Positions 20,390-29,611 of a stretch of DNA of 40,848 bases are shown here, one piece after another. The notes under the pieces were generated by a model. It had not been told where the DNA came from, searched no databases, and saw only the letters and a list, made by a program, of their open reading frames with translations. Source of the DNA: Candidatus Hydrothermarchaeales archaeon (GTDB lineage Archaea; Hydrothermarchaeota; Hydrothermarchaeia; Hydrothermarchaeales; SZUA-236). Numbering within the stretch: position 1 is the stretch's first letter; each line of letters begins with the position of its first letter. The DNA lies in NCBI GenBank assembly GCA_036446635.1, contig JAZFTJ010000110.1:1-40848 (forward strand), written 5' to 3'. A program made the position numbers and the translations under genes.

Positions 20390-20430
20390 ATATTAAGAGA
20401 GCTTGTATTTGACGTGGATATATTAAATCT

Positions 20431-21264
20431 TTGGGTGATGAAGTGTATCAATATGGCAGGATTACAAGGCCGTTAAACTGTGCAATGGCAGGGCTTGCTG
20501 TCTTGATAGGTGCGAAAATAGCGACTGAAAATTTTTTGACACTCCCGGTGTTATTCGCTGTTATAGCCACTTTTCTCATATGTGGGGCGGGGAACACGAT
20601 AAACGACTACTATGACCACGAGATAGACAAGATAAACAGCCCCGGTAGGCCTATTCCAGCCGGAGAGATTTCTCTTATGCACGCATATTATTATGCTCTT
20701 GCCCTCTTTTCAACAGGCATCATCTTATCTGTTTTCATCAACAAACTGGCAATTCTTGTGGCAGTGTTCAACTCTGCTATGCTGTTTTTGTATGCGGGAA
20801 GGCTCAAAAACGAGGGGTTTGTCGGCAACCTCACAGTAAGCTATCTCGTTGCCTCGCCCTTCCTCTTCGGAGGCGTTGCTGTCGAGAGCATATCAGTCAC
20901 TTTGATCTTGGTTCTCTGCGCGGGATTAGCGAATGTAGGAAGAGAGATCATCAAGGATATAGAGGACTATGAGGGCGACAAGGCGTATGCAAAGACCCTG
21001 CCAACCAAAATAGGATTCAAATCCTCCGGAGAGGCCGCGTCCTTTTTCATCACCCTAGCTGTGTTGGCAAGCCCACTGCCATATCTTTTAAACCTTCTAA
21101 GCTTGGGTTATCTTGTCACCATTGCCGTTGCGGATATCATCTTTCTTTATGTGATGGCTGTGTTTTTAAAAGATATCACTGTCAAAAGCGCAGGTAAGAC
21201 TCAGCGGCTGATAAAGATCGGGATGGGCATAGCTCTTCTCGCATTCTTTTTAGGAAGCTTCTAA
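20431..21264 (+). CDS. UbiA-family digeranylgeranylglyceryl phosphate (DGGGP) synthase
   Basis: NTINDYYDHEIDKINSPGRPIPAG (first Asp-rich motif) and a second motif KDIEDYEGD. Polytopic, ~277 aa. The start is uncertain (TTG 20431 or GTG 20443). Confidence 0.8.
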   Translation: MGDEVYQYGRITRPLNCAMAGLAVLIGAKIATENFLTLPVLFAVIATFLICGAGNTINDYYDHEIDKINSPGRPIPAGEISLMHAYYYALALFSTGIILSVFINKLAILVAVFNSAMLFLYAGRLKNEGFVGNLTVSYLVASPFLFGGVAVESISVTLILVLCAGLANVGREIIKDIEDYEGDKAYAKTLPTKIGFKSSGEAASFFITLAVLASPLPYLLNLLSLGYLVTIAVADIIFLYVMAVFLKDITVKSAGKTQRLIKIGMGIALLAFFLGSF

Positions 21265-21998
21265 GGATTTGGTCTGAGGTCTTTTATAGTGCCCAGATAG
21301 GTGCCGTCCAAGAGGTATGCGTCAGCGCCTTCGAGGTCGACTACTTCTTTGTTGAAGAATGGCCCGAGCAGTTTTTGCCTGCTCAGGTTGTTAAAAGGTG
21401 ATCCAGTTAAAAGGTCGTTGAAGGCAGGCATTATTACAATCTCAGGTGTTTTTTTAAGATCGTAGAAATCGTTTATCTTCTCATTAAACCGGGCTCTTAT
21501 CCATGCCGGTTCTCTGCTTTTTCGTTCGAAGTGATCCACAAACTCTATACTGGGGTGGTTGTGGCCCATTATGATATGGTCATAATCAACGCTTAAAGGC
21601 CACATGTGGCCATGGATCAGCAGGGTGTTTTCCATCTCAAGATGCTTTACGACCTCTGCCCCTGGGAGTATGCGCTCTATCATCCCATCATGATTTCCTT
21701 TGACGATCACTACATCAAGATGCTCTAAGAGATCTTGGATGAGTCTTGGTATCTCCCTATACTCCTGAAGAGAGCTCCGTGGGATATTGTGTTTGAGATC
21801 ACCGAGTATGATAAGCTTATCCGCCTCTGCAGATTCTGATAAAGTCAGGATCCGGTCCCTCATTTTCTTGATCTGCGAAGGCATCTTAACACCTGCTTTG
21901 GAAAGCTGATGCTCAAGACCAATGTGAAGATCCGCGACAACCAGAGTGCGGTCTATCATAAGGGCCTTTTCATTGTAGACCGGTTCTATCTTCGACAT
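21261..21998 (-). CDS. Calcineurin-like metallophosphoesterase (SbcD/Mre11-related small archaeal family)
   Basis: Motifs DLHIG, GDLKH, GNHD and GHNHP. Its stop codon overlaps the convergent DGGGPS stop (21261-21264). Confidence 0.8.
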   Translation of the reverse strand: MSKIEPVYNEKALMIDRTLVVADLHIGLEHQLSKAGVKMPSQIKKMRDRILTLSESAEADKLIILGDLKHNIPRSSLQEYREIPRLIQDLLEHLDVVIVKGNHDGMIERILPGAEVVKHLEMENTLLIHGHMWPLSVDYDHIIMGHNHPSIEFVDHFERKSREPAWIRARFNEKINDFYDLKKTPEIVIMPAFNDLLTGSPFNNLSRQKLLGPFFNKEVVDLEGADAYLLDGTYLGTIKDLRPNP

Positions 21999-22068
21999 GG
22001 GGCAAGATTTTTATCGATTACGTTTAAATACCTTCTAGCACATCCCATATCCGTCTAGGAGGACTAAT

Positions 22069-22875
22069 ATGAAGGCGCAGATAAGCTTGACACCCACCGA
22101 ATCCAAAAGGCTGATAGCAAAGGCGGTAAAGGAAGAGCAAACAGTAAAGGATGCACTTAAAAACGGCATCGTCGCCATCGCTCTTGGCTCAACGAACGCC
22201 TTTGTGGTTGAGGAGATCTTGGGCAAGAAAATTGAGAAGGAGAGATATATTGCAGGGATAGTGGATGAAAAGGGTTCATGCGTTGTTCCGGCGAAGGAGA
22301 GGATAAAGGAGGTAGTGCTGGAAAAGGGCGAGGTGCAGGACTTGGTCCTTGAGGATGTGATAGACAGGATGGGTCCCAAGGACGTTGTTATCAAAGGGGG
22401 TAACGCCCTGGATTTTGATGGCATTGTCGGGGTGATGCTTGCAAGCGAGACCGGGGGCACTATAGGCCGGGTCTTGGGAACGTTGAAGGCAATGGGCATC
22501 CCCTTGGTTATACCGATAGGTTTGGAGAAGCTTGTGCCCTACCCGATAAACGATGTTTCAACGAAGACCGGCATATATAGTATGGATCTCTCGACAGGCA
22601 TACCTGTGGGGATAATGCCAGTTTCCGGAGAGGTCATAACCGAGATAGAGGCATTTGAGATCCTAACCGGGGTGGAGGCCTATCCCATGGGATCCGGCGG
22701 GATAGGTGGGGCTGAGGGCTCATATACGTTTCTTTTAGAGGGGCCAAAGGAAAATGTGGAAAAAGCCTTTGAGCTTGTGATAGGCATAAAGGGTGAAGCC
22801 TCTCTACCCTCATTACGCGGTGACTGTAGCTCTTGTGTTTATAAGCAGTGCCCGAAAAATATCAGACACGGTTAG
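22069..22875 (+). CDS. Conserved hypothetical protein
   Basis: 268-aa ORF preceded by a strong AGGAGG (22054-22059). Balanced composition, no family recognised. The overlapping minus ORF (22035-22499) is an S/T/P-rich shadow. Confidence 0.55.
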   Translation: MKAQISLTPTESKRLIAKAVKEEQTVKDALKNGIVAIALGSTNAFVVEEILGKKIEKERYIAGIVDEKGSCVVPAKERIKEVVLEKGEVQDLVLEDVIDRMGPKDVVIKGGNALDFDGIVGVMLASETGGTIGRVLGTLKAMGIPLVIPIGLEKLVPYPINDVSTKTGIYSMDLSTGIPVGIMPVSGEVITEIEAFEILTGVEAYPMGSGGIGGAEGSYTFLLEGPKENVEKAFELVIGIKGEASLPSLRGDCSSCVYKQCPKNIRHG

Positions 22876-22911
22876 AAAGCCGTAAGGCCCTTTATTATCC
22901 CCCCATTTATT

Positions 22912-25900
22912 TTAGTGGAAGCTTATTATCTTATGTTGGGGTGTGCCTCCATGCAGTTTCTTTATCAGAATTGATTCTTCCACGCCTCTACCGCTTATCA
23001 CCAGGACATTTTCGAATTTCTTCTCCATCTCCTCCAGTTGTTCGCTGGTTAAAAGGCTTGGATCCAGTGTGAGAATTGTTGTGCAGTTCCACTTTCTAAG
23101 GCCGTCCAATTGTTGGAATATAATTGTTGAAAGCTCGTCATAATGGAAATACTTCAACATGTCGGTATACACGTCAAGTATCACTCTTTTGTGGCTGTCT
23201 TTCGGATATCTTCTCACGGTCTTTACTATGCTTTGGCGAAGAAACACCGTGCTTGTCGGGATGACTATCCTGTTCTGCTTTTCAATGACATTGATCACTC
23301 TGTCAGGCGTGTGTATGTCTTGGTATAGGTCGATAATGGTCAGGTTTTTCAATGTTGGAAACTCTTTTCGCAGTTCGCCCTGGATGATTTCCGATGGTTC
23401 TTTGGATGTGGCGAATATTAGGTGGTCGCGGTCTTTTATCCCCTGTTTGACAAAGGACATCAGAACCTCCTTTTTGTGCCGTGTCTCTTCACAAAGAATC
23501 AGGGTTGATGTTTTTCTTTGTAGTCCTCCTTCTGTGATCTCGTCAAGCTTTTCAACCCCTGTGGGAACTAGGTCCAGCAGATCTTCAACGGAAAAACCGT
23601 ATTTTAGGATTTCTTCTTTAATCTCGCTTTTAATGGGCCCGTGGAGCAGAGTTTCCTCAAAGGGGAAAAGCTCTTCTAATGAATTTAGATATGATTTGAA
23701 ATATTCTATAAACTCGGCTCTTGAGAACCTCGTTTCTTCTGGAATCTGTATTTTTGTGCCGTCATACGTCGAATCTGCAAATATGGTGCTGATCCTAGAC
23801 AATTTGTCAAAGAGGATCTTGTGTTCTATCGATGGCACAAAGGTCTTTATCCGATCTGTTAAGTCGTTTACAAGCTTTTCAAACAATACAGGATAGTACA
23901 TGTCTTCGTCAAAGTCGGCTCTTAACTCTTCGGGCAGTAGCAAGATTTCCTCTTGCAGAATGTCTTCAATGTCCTTCGTCAATGTTTCAGAGAAATCATT
24001 TGCCGCAACTGCAACTTTATCCGTGGTGGAAAGACGATACATGCTGAAAAGCATCGCTGTTGATACAGTGTTCCTAGTCTCCTCATTCAGCTCGTTTATA
24101 TCAAACCTCCTAGTGGAGGCGTCAAACCTAGTCTTCCCGTGGTCTTCGGGGGCAACATATTTGTCCAATGTCTTCTCCCAAATCTCCGCTAGGTAATCAC
24201 TCCTTAGGAAATGGCTTGCAACAAAATTTAGAAGATCAGTAATGGCATATTCCTCCTCTTTCTCATATTTTGATCTGACACCCAGAGTGCTGATTGCATA
24301 GGTCTCAATTAAAAGAACAATAAAATAGCCTACAAAGAACATGCCATGTAGAGGAAATCTATATACTTTTGTCATCGATTTGTAGAGGATATATACAATA
24401 ATAAAGGCCATAAAACTGGAAAAATATGAAAGCTCGCTCCAGACGTTTTTCTGCATTATCTCCTCAAAACCTTTGTGGGTGACACTTAGATAGGATATAA
24501 AGATCAAGAGGAAGAAGGCGACGGAAAACAAGATAAACGGATACGATTCCAAGACGATTTCGCTAAACAACCCTAGGGGTCTATTGTACGTAAAAGAGAT
24601 TCCAAAAAAGATGATAAAAAATAGCGAGTATAAGGATACAATGTATCGAATAACGTCCAACTTATTAAAAGTGAATTTAAGGTTTAAATCAGAGATGACT
24701 ACTCTCATATCTAGTGCATAAAGATTATAAAACACAATAGCAAGCAACCCGAAAATAATGGACAGCGCTTTAGTTCTATTTGTAAAATTGCTCCATTCCA
24801 ATGCGATCAAACTGAAGACATAGAAGGTTGCTATGAAATGGATGGAGAGGCTAACTCGCAGGTAGTTCCAATATTTCAAATGAGTTCGGTCTGAGATTAG
24901 CCGTGTATATCCCAGAATATGTATTATCGCAATAATTATTACTAGCAGAAAGACGATCAAGGGACCATAAGAAACGTTCTGAAAGATGGCATAGGTCGGA
25001 TATTCTCTAACAGTATAATAGAGGGAGGAGGCTAAAAATGCGAGGGTTATTGAGGATGATGCTTTAACCAAGTCAAACGGCATTATTTCCTTCCATTTGG
25101 AATCTAGCAGACCGGGATATTCGAAGATAAAATGACTGAAATATGAGATGGTTAAAACGAACATTATCGCGTAAAGAGAAATGTTGTAATACAATGCAAA
25201 TTTAGTTTCTGGGCCAGTCAAATTAAACGCATAGAGAATAATCAAAACAGAAAGGGCATATGGGAGCATCCCCATACCCCCTATAAAAAACGGCTTGCTC
25301 ACAAATCCAATTTTAAAATAGGTCTTGGCAATGATTAAAATGTAATATATGAAATAGATAAGGATGCCCAAGTAAAAAATAACATAGATGTACACGAGGC
25401 CAAAATTTGAGGATCGGGGCAGTGTAAGGCCTAAAATTTTCCCAGTTATAAAGTACAAAGCAAATGCAGAAAAAACATAAATCCCCAAATATTCAGTTCT
25501 AAAGAAATTTATCTTATCTCTTACTATCTGTTTTATCAGTTGATAGACGAGCAAATTGGCGGCAAAATGAGTTAAAACATCAAAAACAGCTGCAAGGACA
25601 AGTAAGAAACTCGCTATGGTCGATGTATAATACAGTTTGTGTAACAGAAAAGCGGTCGAAAGTGTCAATGCAACTCCAGCGTAATTCCCATATGATACAT
25701 CGTTCCAAACCCTAGAGGGTGATATTCTCTGGATTTCCTTTATCATAATATACATCAGGGAATGATAAAGCGACATAAAAATTACAAAAACTTTAATAAA
25801 TGTGGGAATGGATTTTATTTCATTTGAAAATTGGGTTGCTGATACGGTTCTGGAATTAACTAGCAAGAATACGAGTATTGTAAATAATCCAAGAAGCAGT

Positions 25901-25956
25901 ATCTTATTTTCTCTTATGTGGAGGAATTTTGAAGTTTTTACTGTTTTTTCGGTCAT
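22912..25956 (-). CDS. Polytopic membrane protein (~560 aa of TM segments) with a cytoplasmic linker and a C-terminal KaiC/RecA-like domain that has a degenerate P-loop
   Basis: 1014 aa. By eye there are roughly 15-18 hydrophobic segments. The C-terminal 216 aa (22915-23562) aligns by eye with KaiC-like ATPases. TGVEKLDEITEGGLQRKTSTLILCEETRHKKEVLMSFV corresponds to TGIxGLDELLGGGLPRGSxTLIxGPPGTGKTTLALQF. The Walker-B-like strand is KRVILDVYTDML. Confidence 0.6.
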   Translation of the reverse strand: MTEKTVKTSKFLHIRENKILLLGLFTILVFLLVNSRTVSATQFSNEIKSIPTFIKVFVIFMSLYHSLMYIMIKEIQRISPSRVWNDVSYGNYAGVALTLSTAFLLHKLYYTSTIASFLLVLAAVFDVLTHFAANLLVYQLIKQIVRDKINFFRTEYLGIYVFSAFALYFITGKILGLTLPRSSNFGLVYIYVIFYLGILIYFIYYILIIAKTYFKIGFVSKPFFIGGMGMLPYALSVLIILYAFNLTGPETKFALYYNISLYAIMFVLTISYFSHFIFEYPGLLDSKWKEIMPFDLVKASSSITLAFLASSLYYTVREYPTYAIFQNVSYGPLIVFLLVIIIAIIHILGYTRLISDRTHLKYWNYLRVSLSIHFIATFYVFSLIALEWSNFTNRTKALSIIFGLLAIVFYNLYALDMRVVISDLNLKFTFNKLDVIRYIVSLYSLFFIIFFGISFTYNRPLGLFSEIVLESYPFILFSVAFFLLIFISYLSVTHKGFEEIMQKNVWSELSYFSSFMAFIIVYILYKSMTKVYRFPLHGMFFVGYFIVLLIETYAISTLGVRSKYEKEEEYAITDLLNFVASHFLRSDYLAEIWEKTLDKYVAPEDHGKTRFDASTRRFDINELNEETRNTVSTAMLFSMYRLSTTDKVAVAANDFSETLTKDIEDILQEEILLLPEELRADFDEDMYYPVLFEKLVNDLTDRIKTFVPSIEHKILFDKLSRISTIFADSTYDGTKIQIPEETRFSRAEFIEYFKSYLNSLEELFPFEETLLHGPIKSEIKEEILKYGFSVEDLLDLVPTGVEKLDEITEGGLQRKTSTLILCEETRHKKEVLMSFVKQGIKDRDHLIFATSKEPSEIIQGELRKEFPTLKNLTIIDLYQDIHTPDRVINVIEKQNRIVIPTSTVFLRQSIVKTVRRYPKDSHKRVILDVYTDMLKYFHYDELSTIIFQQLDGLRKWNCTTILTLDPSLLTSEQLEEMEKKFENVLVISGRGVEESILIKKLHGGTPQHKIISFH

Positions 25957-26061
25957 TAATAAAAGCCTCTAACTCGACATAACCATGACCAATGATTGTT
26001 TATTTGCATTAAAAAAGTGTATCGGGAGCCATATTTTAATTGGACTATCTGCGTCAAGACG

Positions 26062-27495
26062 TTATAAAGTAGCCGGCATAGCCTCTTTGATATCATTAAG
26101 CTTAGATTCAAGTATTTGATTAATTCCATTCAAACATCTTATATGTTCATCATATATCAGGTTTGCATCGGCCCGTTTTGTCGATGTGATGGGATTCGGG
26201 GGGAAAAAGTGCCACTCATCATAGTTGTTGTTAACTATCTCGATTCCAAATTTTTCGGGATTGTCACCAATCTCAGTACCTTTAAACGGGACAAAGAGAA
26301 ATGGTGCAGGGGTCTGAACTAATTCTTCGTTTAGCAACTTCCAAGTGAGGTTTGTTAATGCCCTCATGCTATCTACAGTGTCCTCAGGCAATCCAAAAAT
26401 AAGGCCTGCGTCCACATTAATACCGGCTTCCTTTGCATTTTTTAAACTACGCATAAGCACATCTGCAGTATAGCCCTTCTGAACCGAATCTAGAACAGAC
26501 TGTTCAGCTGACTCAATCCCGCAAAAAACCCCTTTGCAGTTCCCATCGCCTAAGGTTTTTAGATAAGACTTGCTGAAATCAGAGATCCTAAGTTCGCAAT
26601 CCCATGCAATATCTAACTTTTCCCTCTTAATACCCTCAACTATCTTGGTAACCCACTTCTTATTAGTTCCAAAATTTAAGTCATAGATATGAACAATCCT
26701 CCCACCAGAACTCTCAATAAATCTCAGTTCATCAACGACCTTTTCAGGATCTCTTTTTCTCCAACGCCTACCCCAATATGGTGGAGCATTGCAAAACGCG
26801 CAGTCATGTGGGCATCCCCTACTTGCATATAAAATATCAATCCCCCCATTTATCGAGTAGGCCTTCTCTAACGGATAGATCTCTCTATCAGGCAGTGGCA
26901 GTTCTTCCAGTTCCATAAATTCCCGTTTTTCAGTCCTGAATATCTGTCTTTTTTCCTGAAATGAGATGCCTTTAATCTGTTTAAATTCGCTTCTTTGATT
27001 GCTTAAGATCATCTTTGAAAGATCTAAAAATGTTAGCTCACCCTCACCCATCACAACGAAGTCAATGTCACTGTTTTTTAAAACCTCATAGAAAATCGCA
27101 GTAGCCTCAATCCCTCCGGTCACTGTCACTATATCTCTGTTGTATTCTTTTACTATTCTGGCGATCCTATACGCTCCACTCAGGAGGCAGGCTTCCATAC
27201 CATTTATCCCGACTATCTTAGGATCTTCTTTTTTCAGCCTTTCACGGAGAATGTGTTCCATATCCCCCCCACCATAACATTCAACAGTAAGGTCTAAAAA
27301 TGCAGTCGGGATGCTATTCTCCTTTAACAAAGCAGCAATGGACAGCATGGCAACGGGGGGCATTAAAGACCCTTGAGCCAGACCAACAAGCCCCTTTGCT
27401 TTCCCAAACTCAAACATTAACCGTTCATACAAGTCATATTCAGGCGAAACAGGAATATCCATCGTATTCGGATAAACCAATAACACATCTGCCAA
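26062..27495 (-). CDS. B12-binding-domain radical SAM enzyme (class B rSAM architecture)
   Basis: 477 aa. The N-terminal Rossmann-like region resembles a B12-binding domain. CPHDCAFC (CxxxCxxC, nt 26791-26814) and GIESAEQSVLDSVQKG (Elp3-type rSAM core). Confidence 0.85.
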   Translation of the reverse strand: MADVLLVYPNTMDIPVSPEYDLYERLMFEFGKAKGLVGLAQGSLMPPVAMLSIAALLKENSIPTAFLDLTVECYGGGDMEHILRERLKKEDPKIVGINGMEACLLSGAYRIARIVKEYNRDIVTVTGGIEATAIFYEVLKNSDIDFVVMGEGELTFLDLSKMILSNQRSEFKQIKGISFQEKRQIFRTEKREFMELEELPLPDREIYPLEKAYSINGGIDILYASRGCPHDCAFCNAPPYWGRRWRKRDPEKVVDELRFIESSGGRIVHIYDLNFGTNKKWVTKIVEGIKREKLDIAWDCELRISDFSKSYLKTLGDGNCKGVFCGIESAEQSVLDSVQKGYTADVLMRSLKNAKEAGINVDAGLIFGLPEDTVDSMRALTNLTWKLLNEELVQTPAPFLFVPFKGTEIGDNPEKFGIEIVNNNYDEWHFFPPNPITSTKRADANLIYDEHIRCLNGINQILESKLNDIKEAMPATL

Positions 27496-27532
27496 CAGAA
27501 TACACTCCCATGTCCAAAGTCCTATAAAGGCA

Positions 27533-28702
27533 TTAGTTTTTGTTCTCAGCTTCTAATCTCTTTTTCAGTGTAATATAATCCTCGTTCTTTAATCTATCTA
27601 TATCATTTAAAGAAAAAACATTTGCAGAAACCCCAAGGCGCAGCAGATGTTTTTTTCGATCCTTGATTAAACTTAGATCATACATGATGTCAGCAATTCT
27701 ATTTGACTCTTTAAATATGTCCCCGAGTTTATCCTGAACGTTCTTGACATAGTTTGAAAGCGACATATCCGATTTTATGTGTTGGGCGGCTACTTGTCCA
27801 GCAATGTCCCCGCAAATTATCCCTGGCAGAATTCCCTCAACAAACGGCTTGATATTCTGGGCAGCGGAATCCCCGACCAACAGAGTGTTTCCGTAGACCC
27901 AGCTATCGGTAATACATCGAAATGGCACACTGCCACTTTTCGACCGCACATTTATTCCATCTTGCAATTGTTTTTTCACATGAGGTATTTCCAGGAATTC
28001 CAAGTATTTTTCGTCCAGTTTCTCCTTTGAAAACAAGGTTCCCACACCGACATTTGCAGCGGTCCCTGATTTTGGAAAGATATAACCATAAGTCCCCGGA
28101 GCAAAATCTCCAATAAAAAGTTGATCCAACTGGGGCTTCTCTAATATGAGGTTCTTCATCTCAAAGCTTAGAATATGGCCGATATTCCCCTCTTCTTTAA
28201 CAGCAATGGGCAAACAATTTAAAACAGTCGATTTAACCCCATCTGCTGCAATAACCACCTTTGGATCAATTACTTTTTCCCCATCTAATGTTTTGACCAC
28301 GGCATTTTCTATTACTTCTTCATTTATTACTTTCAAATCGACCAATTCTGCACTAGTAAGAAGTTTTGCTCCAGCATCCACAGCAGTTTGAGCTAGCCAC
28401 CTGTCAAAATTTTTTCTATTTACAGCACAGGCTGACCAAAAGTCTCCCGTCTTTTCTACTAAACTGTCGTCCGCCCAAAACTGTATCCCTTCTGTTTCCC
28501 AAAGCAGTTGCTCACTGGGTATTTTAAAGGGTAGGAGGGGAATAAGATATTTACTGATACTTTCAGCGCATTGAACCGGTACCCCGATCTCCTTCTTCTT
28601 ATCAATGATAATAGTCTTTGCACCAGAAATTGCGGCCGCCCTTGCAGCACTAGATCCAGCAGGACCTGCACCCACTACAAGAACATCACATTTTAGGGTC
28701 AC
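27533..28702 (-). CDS. FAD-dependent geranylgeranyl reductase family protein
   Basis: 389 aa. N-terminal VLVVGAGPAGSSAARAAA dinucleotide fold, ADGVKS and LLVGDSA motifs typical of GGR-family flavoproteins. Confidence 0.85.
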   Translation of the reverse strand: MTLKCDVLVVGAGPAGSSAARAAAISGAKTIIIDKKKEIGVPVQCAESISKYLIPLLPFKIPSEQLLWETEGIQFWADDSLVEKTGDFWSACAVNRKNFDRWLAQTAVDAGAKLLTSAELVDLKVINEEVIENAVVKTLDGEKVIDPKVVIAADGVKSTVLNCLPIAVKEEGNIGHILSFEMKNLILEKPQLDQLFIGDFAPGTYGYIFPKSGTAANVGVGTLFSKEKLDEKYLEFLEIPHVKKQLQDGINVRSKSGSVPFRCITDSWVYGNTLLVGDSAAQNIKPFVEGILPGIICGDIAGQVAAQHIKSDMSLSNYVKNVQDKLGDIFKESNRIADIMYDLSLIKDRKKHLLRLGVSANVFSLNDIDRLKNEDYITLKKRLEAENKN

Positions 28703-28958
28703 GTAACCACTCTCTTTTGAACCTTATTGCTTCAGCAAAACCAGTATCAATGGAAAGTCCAAACCCTATTTAAACCTTTTCAAAATTCAAAAAATAGCTG
28801 TGTTAGAATAGGAGAACAAGGACCGAGAATATCAGACCCAAGTCTATGAGTATATTATAAAAGGCGGTTTTCTCTGCTCTCTGATGTTTCCAGCTCATGA
28901 GCTCCCACTCTCTATACTATATGGGAAACTGGGATATAAACCTATCGTTTCTCGGTTC

Positions 28959-29015
28959 TGTCGACTTTGCGGTGGTATTCTGTCGACTATAATTTTGATG
29001 GATTAAATGTCGACT
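28959..29015. repeat. Three copies of TGTCGACT (palindromic core GTCGAC) at 28959, 28981 and 29008
   Basis: Read directly. The first two copies share the extended TTCTGTCGACT. Start-to-start spacing is 22 bp and 27 bp. Confidence 0.9.
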
Positions 29016-29062
29016 GATTGGTGGTTGATTAAAAGAAAAGGAATAATCAGATATAAAAGTTG

Positions 29063-29293
29063 TTAATGTTCTAGAATTTTCATGTTTCTCTCTAGATTTT
29101 CCCTTCTTATCTTCCACAATTCACGGTTGCTTTGATTTTCCTTAAAGAAAATGTTCATATCTTCATTTTTGTTTTCTGTTTTAACCAAATATTTTTCATG
29201 AAGGGATGGGATATACCACCCATTTTCCAGCACAAATTCTTTGATGGATTCAACCCCACTAAACTTTGTCTTTATGGATTCTATTTGTTTCAC
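29063..29293 (-). CDS. Hypothetical small protein (76 aa)
   Basis: GTG start preceded by AAGGTGGTGGTAGG. No recognisable family. It lies in the AT-rich island. Confidence 0.3.
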   Translation of the reverse strand: MKQIESIKTKFSGVESIKEFVLENGWYIPSLHEKYLVKTENKNEDMNIFFKENQSNRELWKIRRENLERNMKILEH

Positions 29294-29611
29294 CCTACCA
29301 CCACCTTATCTTGACCCCTATTTAAGCATCCATATCTCTCTTGGATATAAGGCGTATCTTTCAATTTATGAAACTCGTTCTGAAAGAAATAGGGGGGACT
29401 ATTTTTACTCAGAATTGGATCCAAATAACGTTAAAATAGTAGGAGAAACAGGGGGACAGCCCTTTTGGCACGTCAAAGAAGCGTCCCACCCAAATTCATA
29501 CTGTTCGTGCTTATAGAATACAATTTATCTTTACTATAATATGAGTTTTTGTTCAAGAAAAATTGATATTCCTTTTTATGGTTTTGTTAAATCTCTCCCC
29601 CCAACCAAAAC

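Noticed and set aside
22035-22499. 154-aa minus-strand ORF
   Set aside because: It is a Ser/Thr/Pro-rich shadow of the 268-aa plus-strand ORF, which has a strong AGGAGG ribosome-binding site.
28917-29117. 66-aa minus-strand ORF covering the TGTCGACT boxes
   Set aside because: No ribosome-binding site, no recognisable motifs, and it is interrupted in sense by the repeat logic. It is more likely non-coding DNA carrying binding sites.
29241-29516. 91-aa plus-strand ORF in the AT-rich island
   Set aside because: It overlaps the better-supported minus-strand 76-aa ORF start region. It has no ribosome-binding site and an unremarkable, low-complexity-like sequence. There is not enough evidence to call it.
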